64,000 nt of DNA from Paragordius varius (Eukaryota > Animalia > Nematomorpha). The stretch is from NCBI GenBank assembly GCA_964247055.1, contig OZ176053.1, forward strand, positions 9,734,001 to 9,798,000, in the 5' to 3' direction. Below the pieces are notes generated by a model, which worked only from the letters and a program-made list of their open reading frames with translations, was not told the DNA's origin and searched no databases. Position 1 is the first letter of the stretch; each line of letters opens with the position of its first letter. The position numbers were made by a program, and so were the translations under genes. This document shows, piece by piece, positions 26,114-36,889 of the stretch.

Positions 26114-27246
26114 TTAATGTGTCATAAACTTTACCGGTTTTTGGTAAAAAACACAAAACTTTATAAGTAAATGAATAAATTAATATATTTTCCATAGATT
26201 TCTACACATTTCGCCCATCTCCCCTTTCATATATATATATATATATGTGTGTGTACCACACCAGAAAAATTGATTATTTTTGCGTGAAAGCATTTATCTA
26301 GCCATTTTGACATGCTTTTGAAAGAGCTGCTCTGCGCGCGTGTTCAATTTATGCAAAGTGATAATAATCAGACAGCTGGCCAGGAGAGTAAAGCGGGCGC
26401 GGAAGAATTTTTCCGCGATTTCAAGAAATTTTTTGCTGATTTTGCGATCTGAGATGGAGCATTATCATGTAGCATGCCATGCCATATCTTCTGGCACATC
26501 CGGGTAGTTTAATCCACAGTTTTAATTTATAATTTGTGGGAAACAGCGTTGTCTATTCCCGGTTTCACAGCGTTTAAAAGCTTATAATATCGCTCTGATC
26601 CGAATAAAGAGCCTTCTTGCCAAAGCGATTTAGCCCGTGTGATAAACCTTGACAAGGTGAAAGCCACATTTTTACATGACCCATCACATTTCGATGGAAA
26701 AATGATTCCTTTCGTGGCGTTGCAGCAAGATTTGATAGCAATCTTCGATTTGACCTTCTTCAAACGTGGACCGTAACATTGGTCTTTTCCTTTGTTCGTT
26801 GACGTCTAATTTTTTTTGTGATACAAGTAATATTATTGCCGATTGCCGGTGAGTTTGAGTCGAGTCATCATCCAATAACTCTTTCATTAGATCGTTTTGC
26901 AATTGTGACCAGGTCCCCCACTATATTTAAGATCAAAATTCCAACTTAAATTTTTAAAATCATGTTTCACAAATATAATTGATAGAGAATGTTCACGATA
27001 GGTTTCTACAAGCAAACGATGACACGCCTTTTTCTTCTGATGGAGTAAGAAAAGCAATGCGTGCCATGTTTTTTCAGGCACAAGATTCGACATAATTACT
27101 GAATGATAAAAACAACAATTTTGGCGGACTCATGTGGTTTGTCCTTTTATTTAAAATATGCAAAATGGTGTATTAACTTAATCGTCTGCGTACTTTAATT
27201 GAGGACTTTTATTAGTTTCACTAATAAATACTTATGACTACACCTG
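26114..27246 (-). mobile_element. Second decayed Mos1-like mariner transposon
   Basis: Right TIR CTTATGACTACACCTG; degenerate left TIR near 26116. ORF fragments MSNLVPEK...KKKACHRLLVETY (HTH), ELLDDDSTQTHRQ...CYQILLQRHER and YYKLLNAVKPG follow the Mos1 transposase order with frameshifts. Confidence 0.88.
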
Positions 27247-28056
27247 GTAGTGCCTTTCAGCGATTAGACCACGTAGATTTTTGAAAAATATTAATACCAA
27301 ATAATATTGGTTCATGTGTAACTATGATTATATGGTTATTTAAATTTATTTACTGATTAACAAAAAATTCTACAGGATATTTGGGTAATTTTGGGCCACA
27401 CAAATTATTTTAGAATGAGTTAATTTGGTTATTGGTATAGGATTACCAACCATGAAATTTTAGGAGGCCTCTTTTGCGTTTGTACAATATTTTTCTCTAA
27501 AGATTAATAAATATGACCTTTATATATTTAATAGTGACTGTAAGATTTATCAATCATGGTCAATGGCCATAAATGATTAATTTAAGTTTATCATTTATTG
27601 AAAACTAACTTTTAATTAAATTTAAAAGGAGTACAAAGACAAATAGAAGTTTTGGAGCCTGAGGCTAATTAAGTTATATGATTATAATTTTCGTTTTTGA
27701 CTAAGTCACAACGGACCAGACAGGCAATGTTAAAATAGTATAACCCTCCAAAGAAACAAGCTTATGAAAAAATAGAGTTAATGTAAATTATCCATATCTA
27801 GCATATATATATATATATATATATATTGCATAGATTCACTTCTTAACGCCCATCCCATTCTAATGTCAGAATATAAATTTATAATAAATCGATCAATTTT
27901 AAATGAAAAAACCAGATCCGATTTTTTTTAAAAAATCCCATTTTGCCAAATATAAAAATTTAGGTATTCATTTATTGAATTTGTTATCTTTGAATTCAAA
28001 AGGCCTAAAATTTTAGATAAGTGTTTAATTGTTGAATTGATTGTTGATATTACACA

Positions 28057-28965
28057 ATGTTTATAATAAGCGCTGAATCAAAAATCTTTTCACGCATAAT
28101 CTACATTGTATTATTGCTAAATTTGATCGCGCAACTATTAGAATCTTTTCCGGGCACGAAACTTGGTTATTATATATGCTATTCCCAATATGTATTTCTT
28201 CTATTTTACATATGTGAGATAGTGGTAAAAATTAGTGTTAATGGGAAATCATTTTTCAAGGAATCATTTAACATAATTGATTTTGTTGTTATAACATTAA
28301 ATTTTGTACGATTTTTCTTTGTCGTCGAAAATATGCCAAAAATTTGTGATAATCCGTTAAACAATCATCTTACTTTGCATTCAAGTGCCATGGATATAAC
28401 TTTACACATTTTAGAAATTTGTCCTAGCCTTATTATAATTCGTCTGGCTAGATATTTAAAAACTTTAAGAATAGTTGCACACGTTTGCCTAAGATCATTG
28501 CGATCTCTAGGTGCTATATTGGCCCTTGTGTGCATATTTATTTACGTGTTTGCCGTAATTGGGGTTAGTTTATTTCAACATAAGAATGAACACTTTGGCG
28601 ATCTCTTTATGTCAGCTTTTACCATATTTGAAATATTAACGCTGGATGATTGGTTTGAGGAATATGCAACTTTATCAGATGATTCAACCAATTGGCCCAT
28701 TATTTTCTTTATTATAACGTGCATTATCATTGAATATTTTATCCTGTTTAATCTTTTCATTGCTGTGCTTGCGGATAATTTTCAATATGCCATGACAATA
28801 GCTTTGGAGGAAAGAGATAAAGTGGAAATGGAAAAGCTAATAAAGGAAGAAGAAACCCTAAATAAGTATATGGAAGATATTAGCGCAAATAGCCCATCCA
28901 CACAATCACCCAATGCGCTATCAAACGAACATCAAAAATTAGGTTTGTTTTATGACGATACATAG
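28057..28965 (+). CDS. CATSPER1: CatSper1-like single-domain (6-TM) Ca2+ channel alpha subunit
   Basis: 302-aa ORF with S1-S6, pore HFGDLFMSAFTIFEILTLDDW (TLDDW filter as in CatSper1), S6 IIIEYFILFNLFIAVLADNFQ (cf. CatSper1 IIIQYFIFLNLVITVLVDSFQ) and an acidic coiled-coil tail. The ends may be extended by splicing; a candidate 23-nt intron at 28943-28965 would remove the stop. Confidence 0.7.
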   Translation: MFIISAESKIFSRIIYIVLLLNLIAQLLESFPGTKLGYYICYSQYVFLLFYICEIVVKISVNGKSFFKESFNIIDFVVITLNFVRFFFVVENMPKICDNPLNNHLTLHSSAMDITLHILEICPSLIIIRLARYLKTLRIVAHVCLRSLRSLGAILALVCIFIYVFAVIGVSLFQHKNEHFGDLFMSAFTIFEILTLDDWFEEYATLSDDSTNWPIIFFIITCIIIEYFILFNLFIAVLADNFQYAMTIALEERDKVEMEKLIKEEETLNKYMEDISANSPSTQSPNALSNEHQKLGLFYDDT

Positions 28966-30448
28966 ATGTTAGAGATGCATCCGTTTCTAATATAATTTCA
29001 AAAAATAAAATGTAAGCAAAGCTTTGATAAAGCCCATGCAAAATACCGCATACACAGTCCATTGTAATCTATGGATTGCCTCAAAACGAACCCTACTCTT
29101 TAATTTAAATATAAGGTTTGAAGTAAAAATAATCAGTGGCAAAAATGTTTTTGGAGAGGGGCAACCTATTTTATACATCTATTTAAATTTGTATGACACA
29201 CTAGCGGCTTTTTGCATTAAAGTAACAGGGTTCTTAGTCTAAAAGTTAAATAATAGGAGGTTTTATAAAAGATATGAAAAACATTATTTATACCAAGGCT
29301 GTCTAATACACGGCTTGTAAAAATAGAACATAACTTAAAATATTCTATAATCTGCAAAAATATTCAATTAACACAATTTAGAAATTAATTAATTAATCCT
29401 TTTTCCTACAAAATTTTTTTGAGTTTGCTTAAATTATAGCAAGATCATTGGGTGTACGTTAAAATGTAAAAGTTATTAGGCCGTTGGATATTCATTAGGA
29501 ATTTCACAAATAACTATCGGTTCTTCGAGCGAATATAATGAATAAGTAGGGAATTAAATAATTATTATAATGTTTTTACAGTCTTATGATGAAATCTAAT
29601 AAATTTTTAATGATGCTTATTTATTTAAAAGCGAAAGACGGATTTTTTGTGTATGCGGCCCACGAAATCATTTATATTGGGCACCCCTCGTTTAAGTTAT
29701 TGAATATAATTTATACCAAAAATATTTTGGAACTTCAAATATCTATAAATTAAAACAAATTTAATCTTAAGACATTTACCTAAGAATACTATTGACCCCG
29801 ACTGTCGCACTGTTATAAACAATAATAAAAAAATACTGAATATTTCCCTAAATAAATTTTAAATCCTTATTTTTTGATATAAAATTAAAATCCGTTGCCG
29901 CTTTAACTATGGCGCCCGGTGCATCAACCTACCCTTTGCTATGCCACTCTCTGTTATTACCAAATTTTTTTTAACCTTTGACAAAATATTTTAATATAAA
30001 CATAATTTACAATTTTAGCATTGATGACAATATAATATTGTTAAGGGTGAATGATTAATAATTTTGCTATGAAATCATATTCAAGATCGTTTAAACCTCT
30101 ACATTATATTCAGAGAAAAAATGCATAAAAATATGAGTAAAATAAACGTAGAATTTCATTTAATAATATATGTTATTTCTTGTTTAGAAATTGAATAAAA
30201 CTTTTAGGTTTAAAAAGGAAAGATATGGACACAACCATTGCCAAAGAGAACAAAATTTCCAATGAGGATATATTAAAAAAATTAAATACGGAAAGCCAAT
30301 GTTTATTAAGAAAACTACAGGTTGTGGACGATATTGTAAATATTGCCACCAATAAATAATGTCTAATGCATTAAAATTGTAAATAACATGCTAGAAGATA
30401 TCCCAATTTATTTAATCACGCAATAAATGTTTAGAACCATTAATTAAA

Positions 30449-30910
30449 TTATAATTCTTCGTTTGTCGGTCTAAGACAACTATTCATAGCATGTTGAAAT
30501 GATTGACACGAATTAAGGTCGTAGCGATTTGCACATTCCATAAAACGCTTTATTTCATAGTGACAACCTTCCTGCATTCCAGAATTATTATAATCTTGAG
30601 TTGTGGATGCCAAGGGTGCAGCAACTTCAGCAGGAGCTTGGTTTCCGCCTCCTCCCATCAACATTCCACCTAAAGCATGCCCCTAAAACATTATATATGT
30701 ATTTTTACCACAGTCGATCCGATAGCGACGCCAGCCGCAGTAGATGCCATGTTAGCCATTAACCCGGGTTGCTTGGTTTGAGCCGGAGCGGGAACAGGCA
30801 TCGTTTGTTGGACAGGTCTACGCATTGGAACCGAAGACATAGGTCTAGCATTAGATCTAAAATGGATAATAAGCAATTATATACCTTCCTCCAGCACTTC
30901 GTCGAGGCAT
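30449..30910 (-). CDS. CHCHD2: CHCHD2/CHCHD10 mitochondrial intermembrane-space protein (135 aa, 3 exons)
   Basis: Exons 30910-30885, 30856-30709 and 30682-30449 give MPRRSAGGRSNARP...[29 protein letters not shown]...CHYEIKRFMECANRYDLNSCQSFQHAMNSC (twin CX9C). Introns are 28 and 26 nt. Confidence 0.92.
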
Positions 30911-31661
30911 TGCGATAGATAAGTACTTTTATACAAATTAGACAAATAAATATATTAAATTTATCAATGCGAAAACGAAAACCTTTCTATACCACTCACT
31001 GTGCAACAAAATATGGGGTCAATTTTCTGGACTCAATTTTCTAAATATTTTCTGATTCCTTATAGTATTGTGATCAGATTTGCGTAAAAAATTTTTGTAC
31101 TTACCCAGATCGTTTTCGAGATATGGGACTTTTTCCATATTTGGACATATCCAAAATTTTCTTGTTTGTAAATATTTTTCGCTATGTAAACAAATAATAT
31201 GTGGCTTACATAAGTATTTTTACGAGAAATTATCATTTTATCTTCAAAATAAAAAAAAAATTTACGCAAAATATCCAATACTTTTTGTTTTAGGGGGCAA
31301 AAACCCTCAAAAATTGGGTAACTTAACATTTTTTCACACAAATATTTTTTATCAATTTATTAAAACAAAACAAATTTTATTATATGTTCTTGGATGTTAA
31401 TAATGTTTGTTCAAATATAAATATCACTTTGTAATAGTTTTGTGGACTTTTATTTTTAAAAATAAATTTAATTTTTACAGCTTTTTGTTGCTTTTTTATG
31501 TAAAAAATGATTTAATTTTAATCAGCTGCATATAATATATTCTTTATTTCATATGATATTTTTAAATATTTCCCACACTTAAATATACTCCATATCAGTT
31601 TTTTCATCAAGAAATATTATTATATACCCAAAATGTACAAAAAATATAATTATTACCCAAG

Positions 31662-31693
<32 letters not shown>

Positions 31694-31716
31694 ATTTTAA
31701 GATAGATAAAAATATT

Positions 31717-32246
31717 GTTTGCCATATATGTGGACAATACACAAAAAAACTAATAGTATAAACATTACCACTTACATAAAAAACTATTTTTTTATATTAT
31801 GGCGAACCTAGATTTGGGCCCCGAACACCGTATTTCGGACATGTAGCATTAGTTTAGGAGCATAGTACCACAAAACCGGACCTGGACTCCCTTGGGGTAT
31901 CCCTATGTGGCGAGAGCCAAAATCTAATTCTGAATGTTTTTGTGCAGTTCCAAAACCATTTCTTATTAACATTACCAAAAAAAACAAAAAACCTATCGAA
32001 TATCCAAACTTTTCCTGTGCAATTCGTCCTGTTTATTATTCCATTGACCTTCCCGTACCGTCATCTCCAACCATTCATATCGATTTATTTGATATGATGG
32101 ATGATACTGATTTGGAATTTTATCATCAAGATATAAAGGACACTAATAAATTAAGTGGCACTGAGGTGATATCCCTAATCAAAAAATTGCATCTCAAAAC
32201 GGTATTTTTAGAAAACCCTTCGAAAAAACCTATCGAAACAATATAA
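31717..32246 (+). pseudogene. N-terminal fragment of a Chapaev3-type (WREP-motif) transposase
   Basis: Across frameshifts and a stop: VCHICGQYT..NITTYIKNYF..YYG..IWAPNTVFRTCSISLGA*YHKTGPGLPWGIPMWREPKSNSECFC...KNKKPIEYPNFSCAIRPVYYSIDLPVP. This matches the C-x2-CG / WAPH / PMxWREP / YPxxxSAIRPV motifs I recall for Chapaev3-type transposases. The catalytic C-terminal half is absent. Confidence 0.75.
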
Positions 32247-32650
32247 ATTTAATTTGCGATTATATATATATGAATAAATAAATTATTATTTTATTTTTTC
32301 ACCTAATTTACTTTATATAAAGTCTAGATTAGATTATCCGTGTCTTAACATCTGTACACCAAAATATATTCTAAATATTCACTCTAATAACTGATTATAA
32401 TTTGGATTTGCATATAGTTTAATATATTATGATGAAATTATTTATTAATGGTATTATATTTTATTTAAACGTTTTTAATAAGATAAGGCATATCCAATTT
32501 TCTCTGCACAGTCGTCCATATTGAAAGCTAATCTATTAGCTGATGTGATATACAAATTGTTGCGATTGGGTACTTTGTCATGGTAATATAACTACCTGAT
32601 CGATATTTTGCTTTTATAAGAAATGAAAGAAATCAATAAAATACTTTTAT

Positions 32651-32830
32651 ATGGCAGACGTCAAAATCGAATTGGTAAATAATTTTAAATACTTGGGCGA
32701 TGTCATACATTGCTTAGGTAGAATAAACCAATCAGTTAAATATAGATCCCAACAGGCTGGGGTAAAATATCATTAACTTAAATTTATGTTTAAAAATAAA
32801 CACATATCAGCAAAAAACAAAGGTTTGATT
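32651..32830 (+). mobile_element. Non-LTR retrotransposon (RTE-like LINE) reverse transcriptase C-terminal fragment
   Basis: KIELVNNFKYLGDVIHCLGRINQSVKYRSQQAGVKYH*LKFMFKNKHISAKNK fits the LINE RT pattern IExVxxFKYLG...I..R...A...L...K.IS.K.K; contains an in-frame stop. Confidence 0.65.
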
Positions 32831-33319
32831 AGAGTTGTTGATAAGCGACAATAGTTTAAATTAAATGAAACGTTAACGACAAAAAACAATAATTACCGAA
32901 GAGACGATAACCCAAATAAAATTTATAAGAATATATGGTTAAAATTATTAAAAATATAATTTAGTATAGGAGGGTGCTTTCCTTTGATTTCCCTGTGGCA
33001 TACGTACTGTTCTAAACAAGTGAAATTTTATGGGTGATTACACTTTAATTAAAAAAGAATTCATTTCTGAGTATCGTAAAACTTCATCAGGGTAATAAGC
33101 TTCTTTAGATTGCACTCTTGACAAAGAGGGAATCATCCATATCCCTAAGTATATATATATAATGTATTTGATGGTATCAAGGTGTGTTCTTCTCTTATCC
33201 AAAAGGCAAAAGATTTTTCCGATTCAGAATTCAATTACAAATTTATATAAGAATCATTGTCCATTTCATATTATTTTAAAATATTTAAAAATGAAGCAAA
33301 CGAATCAACATATCTGACA
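32831..33319. repeat. ~490-bp direct repeat, copy 1 (copy 2 at 36385-36889), flanking the Helitron array
   Basis: AGAGTTGTTGATAAG...CGAATCAACATATCTGACA occurs twice; the two copies are nearly identical over their 3' two-thirds. Confidence 0.9.
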
Positions 33320-33479
33320 ACAATGACAATAACACGGGGTGCACCCCTTTGTACAATTGGTGAACCAATTGTCAGAGTACCTTGAGCTATATAAGTATTT
33401 TGGAAAAACCTTTTAAAACTTTTTCTGATAAAATTTTTATGATTGCAAATGTTTATATATATATATATATATATATATA

Positions 33480-36233
33480 CTAGCGTGAATCTCGTGCTGC
33501 TACGCAGCCCGAGGAAGTCCTTCGGACTTCTGGGGGGGGGGGAGGAAGGGGGGTTCGAAGTTTGGATTTGATTGGGTCTACCGGATTTCCTGTACCAGAT
33601 CACAAAGCCAGCATTTTTCATTTTTATAAATATATAGATTACCATAAATAATGTATTAATATCCATATATCTTTTAACATGCTATACATATGATAGATAC
33701 TCCTTACTCAGCATCTATCATCAAAGAAACGCTTGACTAAAATTTTTGCCTTTTTACAGGCAATACGAAAAATATTTATTGAATTTTTACGGTCTCATAC
33801 CTAGGGCGAAAAATCGATTAAAAAAATTATTTTTGTGGACTTTGTTTTTTGAAAAAGGTGGCATTTCACGGGGGGAGCGGGTAAATAGAGGGCCTAAATC
33901 AAAAAGGTGACTCGACTATGTTCGGCGCAATCGAAAATAAGTAAACAAAAATCATATTTGAAATTGAATGGTCCAACACGTTCTCCAAAAAATTAACTTT
34001 ACCCATTTTTCACACGGGGTGGGCCCAAACTGGGGACCTAATTCCAAAAAAGGGCGAAGCTATTGTCGGGGCATTCATTAATGATTAAATTTTTTCGATG
34101 TTTGGATTTGATTGGGTTCACCGGTTTTCCGGAAACAGATCACAAAGTTATATGAAAAATCAGTTTTTAGCGGGTAGCTCCCTCCCCAGCAGCTATCATC
34201 AAATAAACGGTAGACTAAAATTTTTGCCTTTTAACAGGGAATACGTGGAATCTTTATTGAATTTTTACGGTCTCATACCTAGGGCGAAAAATCGATTTAA
34301 AAAATTATTTTTGTGGACTTTGTTTTTTGAAAAAGGTGGCATTTCACGGAGGGAGCGGGTAAATAGAGGGCCTAAATCAAAAAAGTGACTCGACTATGGT
34401 CGGCGCAATCGAAAATAAGTAAACAAAAATCATATTTGAAATTGAATGGTCCAACACGTTCTCCAAAAAATTGACTTAACCCATTTTTCACACGGGGTGG
34501 GCCCAAACTGGGGACCTAATTCCAAAAAAGGGCGAAGCTATTGTCGGGGCATTCATTAATGATTATATTTTTTCGATATTTGGATTTGATTGGGTCTACC
34601 GGTTTTCCTGTACCAGATCACAAAGCCAGCATTTTCCATTTTTATAAATATATAGATTACCATAAATAATGTATTAATATCCATATATCTTTTAACATGC
34701 TATACATATGATAGATACTCCTTACTCAGCATCTATCATCAAAGAAACGCTTAACTAAAATTTTTGCCTTTTAACTTCTCGAATTTTTACAGTCTCATAC
34801 CGTGGGCAAAAAAATACAATCAAAAAAATATTTTTGTGGACTTTGTTTTTTTTTGAAAAAAATGGCATTTCACGGGGGGAGCGGGTAAATAGAGGGCCTA
34901 AATCAAAAAAGTGACTCGACTATGGTCGGCGCAATCGAAAATAAGTAAACAAAAATCATATTTGAAATTGAATGGTCCAACACGTTCTCCAAAAAATTGA
35001 CTTAACCCATTTTTCACACGGGATGGGCCCAAACTGGGGACCTAATTCCAAAAAAGGGCGAAGCTATTGTCGGGGCATTCATTAATGATTATATTTTTTC
35101 GAAGTTTGGATTTGATTGGGTCTACCGGATTTCCTGTACCAGATCACAAAGCCAGCATTTTTCATTTTTATAAATATATAGATTACCATAAATAATGTAT
35201 TAATATCCATATATCTTTTAACATGCTATACATATGATAGATACTCCTTACTCAGCATCTATCATCAAAGAAACGCTTGACTAAAATTTTTGCCTTTTTA
35301 CAGGCAATACGAAAAATATTTATTGAATTTTTACGGTCTCATACCTAGGGCGAAAAATCGATTAAAAAAATTATTTTTGTGGACTTTGTTTTTTGAAAAA
35401 GGTGGCATTTCACGGGGGGAGCGGGTAAATAGAGGGCCTAAATCAAAAAGGTGACTCGACTATGTTCGGCGCAATCGAAAATAAGTAAACAAAAATCATA
35501 TTTGAAATTGAATGGTCCAACACGTTCTCCAAAAAATTAACTTAACCCATTTTTCACACGGGGTGGGCCCAAACTGGGGACCTAATTCCAAAAAAGGGCG
35601 AAGCTATTGTCGGGGCATTCATTAATGATTAAATTTTTTCGATGTTTGGATTTGATTGGGTTCACCGGTTTTCCGGAAACAGATCACAAAGTTATATGAA
35701 AAATCAGTTTTTAGCGGGTAGCTCCTTAAGCAGCTATCATCAAATAAACGGTAGACTAAAATTTTTGCCTTTTAACAGGGAATACGTGGAATCTTTATTG
35801 AATTTTTACGGCCTCATACCTAGGGCGAAAAATCGATTTAAAAAATTATTTTTGTGGACTTTGTTTTTTGAAAAAGGTGGCATTTCACGGGGGAGCGGGT
35901 AAATAGAGGGCCTAAATCAAAAAAGTGGTTCGGCTATATTCAGCGCAATCGAAAATAAGTAAACAAAAATCATATTTGAAATTGAATGGTCCAACACGTT
36001 ATCCGGAAAATTGTCTCAAAAACACGATTTTTGTGGACTTCTGTTTTCAAAAAAAACCCGTTTTTCATACGGGGTGGGCCCGAACTGGGGGCCTATTTCA
36101 AAAAAAGGGCGAAGCTATTGTCGGGGCATTCATTAATGATTATATTTTTTTGATATTTGGATTTGATTGGGTCTACCGGTTTTCCTGTACCAGATCACAA
36201 AGCCAGTATTTTCCATTTTTATAAATATATAGA
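33480..36233 (-). mobile_element. Non-autonomous Helitron with tandemly amplified interior
   Basis: On the minus strand it starts A|TCTATATATTTATAAAAATG (36233) and ends with hairpins GAAGTCC-GAA-GGACTTC and GCTGC-GTA-GCAGC, 12 nt, then CTAG|T (33480). This is the canonical A|TC...hairpin-CTRR|T Helitron signature. Confidence 0.75.
33555..36233. repeat. Tandem array of ~480-540-bp units with higher-order (A-B-A')x2 structure
   Basis: Unit starts (T[C/T]GA..TTTGGATTTGATTGGG) at 33555, 34095, 34573, 35099, 35639 and 36150. Unit 1 matches unit 4 and unit 2 matches unit 5 (offset 1544 bp). Confidence 0.92.
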
Positions 36234-36384
36234 TTAAAATACTATTATGATAAGTTTTTTTACTGTAGGTTAGTGTTATTAAATTATTATATTAGAAATA
36301 AAAAGGAATTAAAAAAAATACCATACATAACCTGCGCTTGGGAAAGGACATTATTGTTTGATTTTTGGAACAGAGGTTTTTAAT

Positions 36385-36889
36385 AGAGTTGTTGATAAGT
36401 GACAATAGTTTTAATTAAATGAAACGTTAACGACAAAAAACAATTATGATTTAACCGAGCAGACGATAACCCAAATAAAATTTATAAGAATATATAATTA
36501 AAAGATTATTAAAAATAATTTAGTAGAAAAGGGTACTTATCTTTGATTTCCCTGTGGCATACGTACTGTTCTAAACAAGTGAAATTTTATGGGTGATTAC
36601 ACTTTAATTAAAAAAGAATTCATTTCTGAGTATCGTAAAACTTCATCAGGGTAATAAGCTTCTTTAGATTGCACTCTTGACAAAGAGGGAATCATCCATA
36701 TCCCTAAGTATATATATATATATATATATATAATGTATTGATGGTATCAAGGTGTGTTCTTCTCTTATCCAAAAGGCAAAAGATTTTTCCGATTCAGAAT
36801 TCAATTACAAATTTATATAAGAATCATTGTTCATTTCATATTATTTTAAAATATTTAAAAATGAAACAAACGAATCAACATATCTGACA
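36385..36889. repeat. Direct repeat copy 2 of 32831-33319
   Basis: See copy 1; carries a longer (TA)n run. Confidence 0.9.

Noticed and set aside
28057-28965. Bacterial NaChBac-type channel from contamination or recent HGT
   Set aside because: The filter is TLDDW rather than TLESW, S6 is closer to CatSper1, and AT content and flanking TEs match the host genome. It is not excluded without a phylogeny.
33555-36233. ORFs 34098-34388, 35642-35902 and 35925-36224 as a repeated gene family
   Set aside because: They are chance frames within the tandem Helitron units, present only in some units and without recognisable domains.
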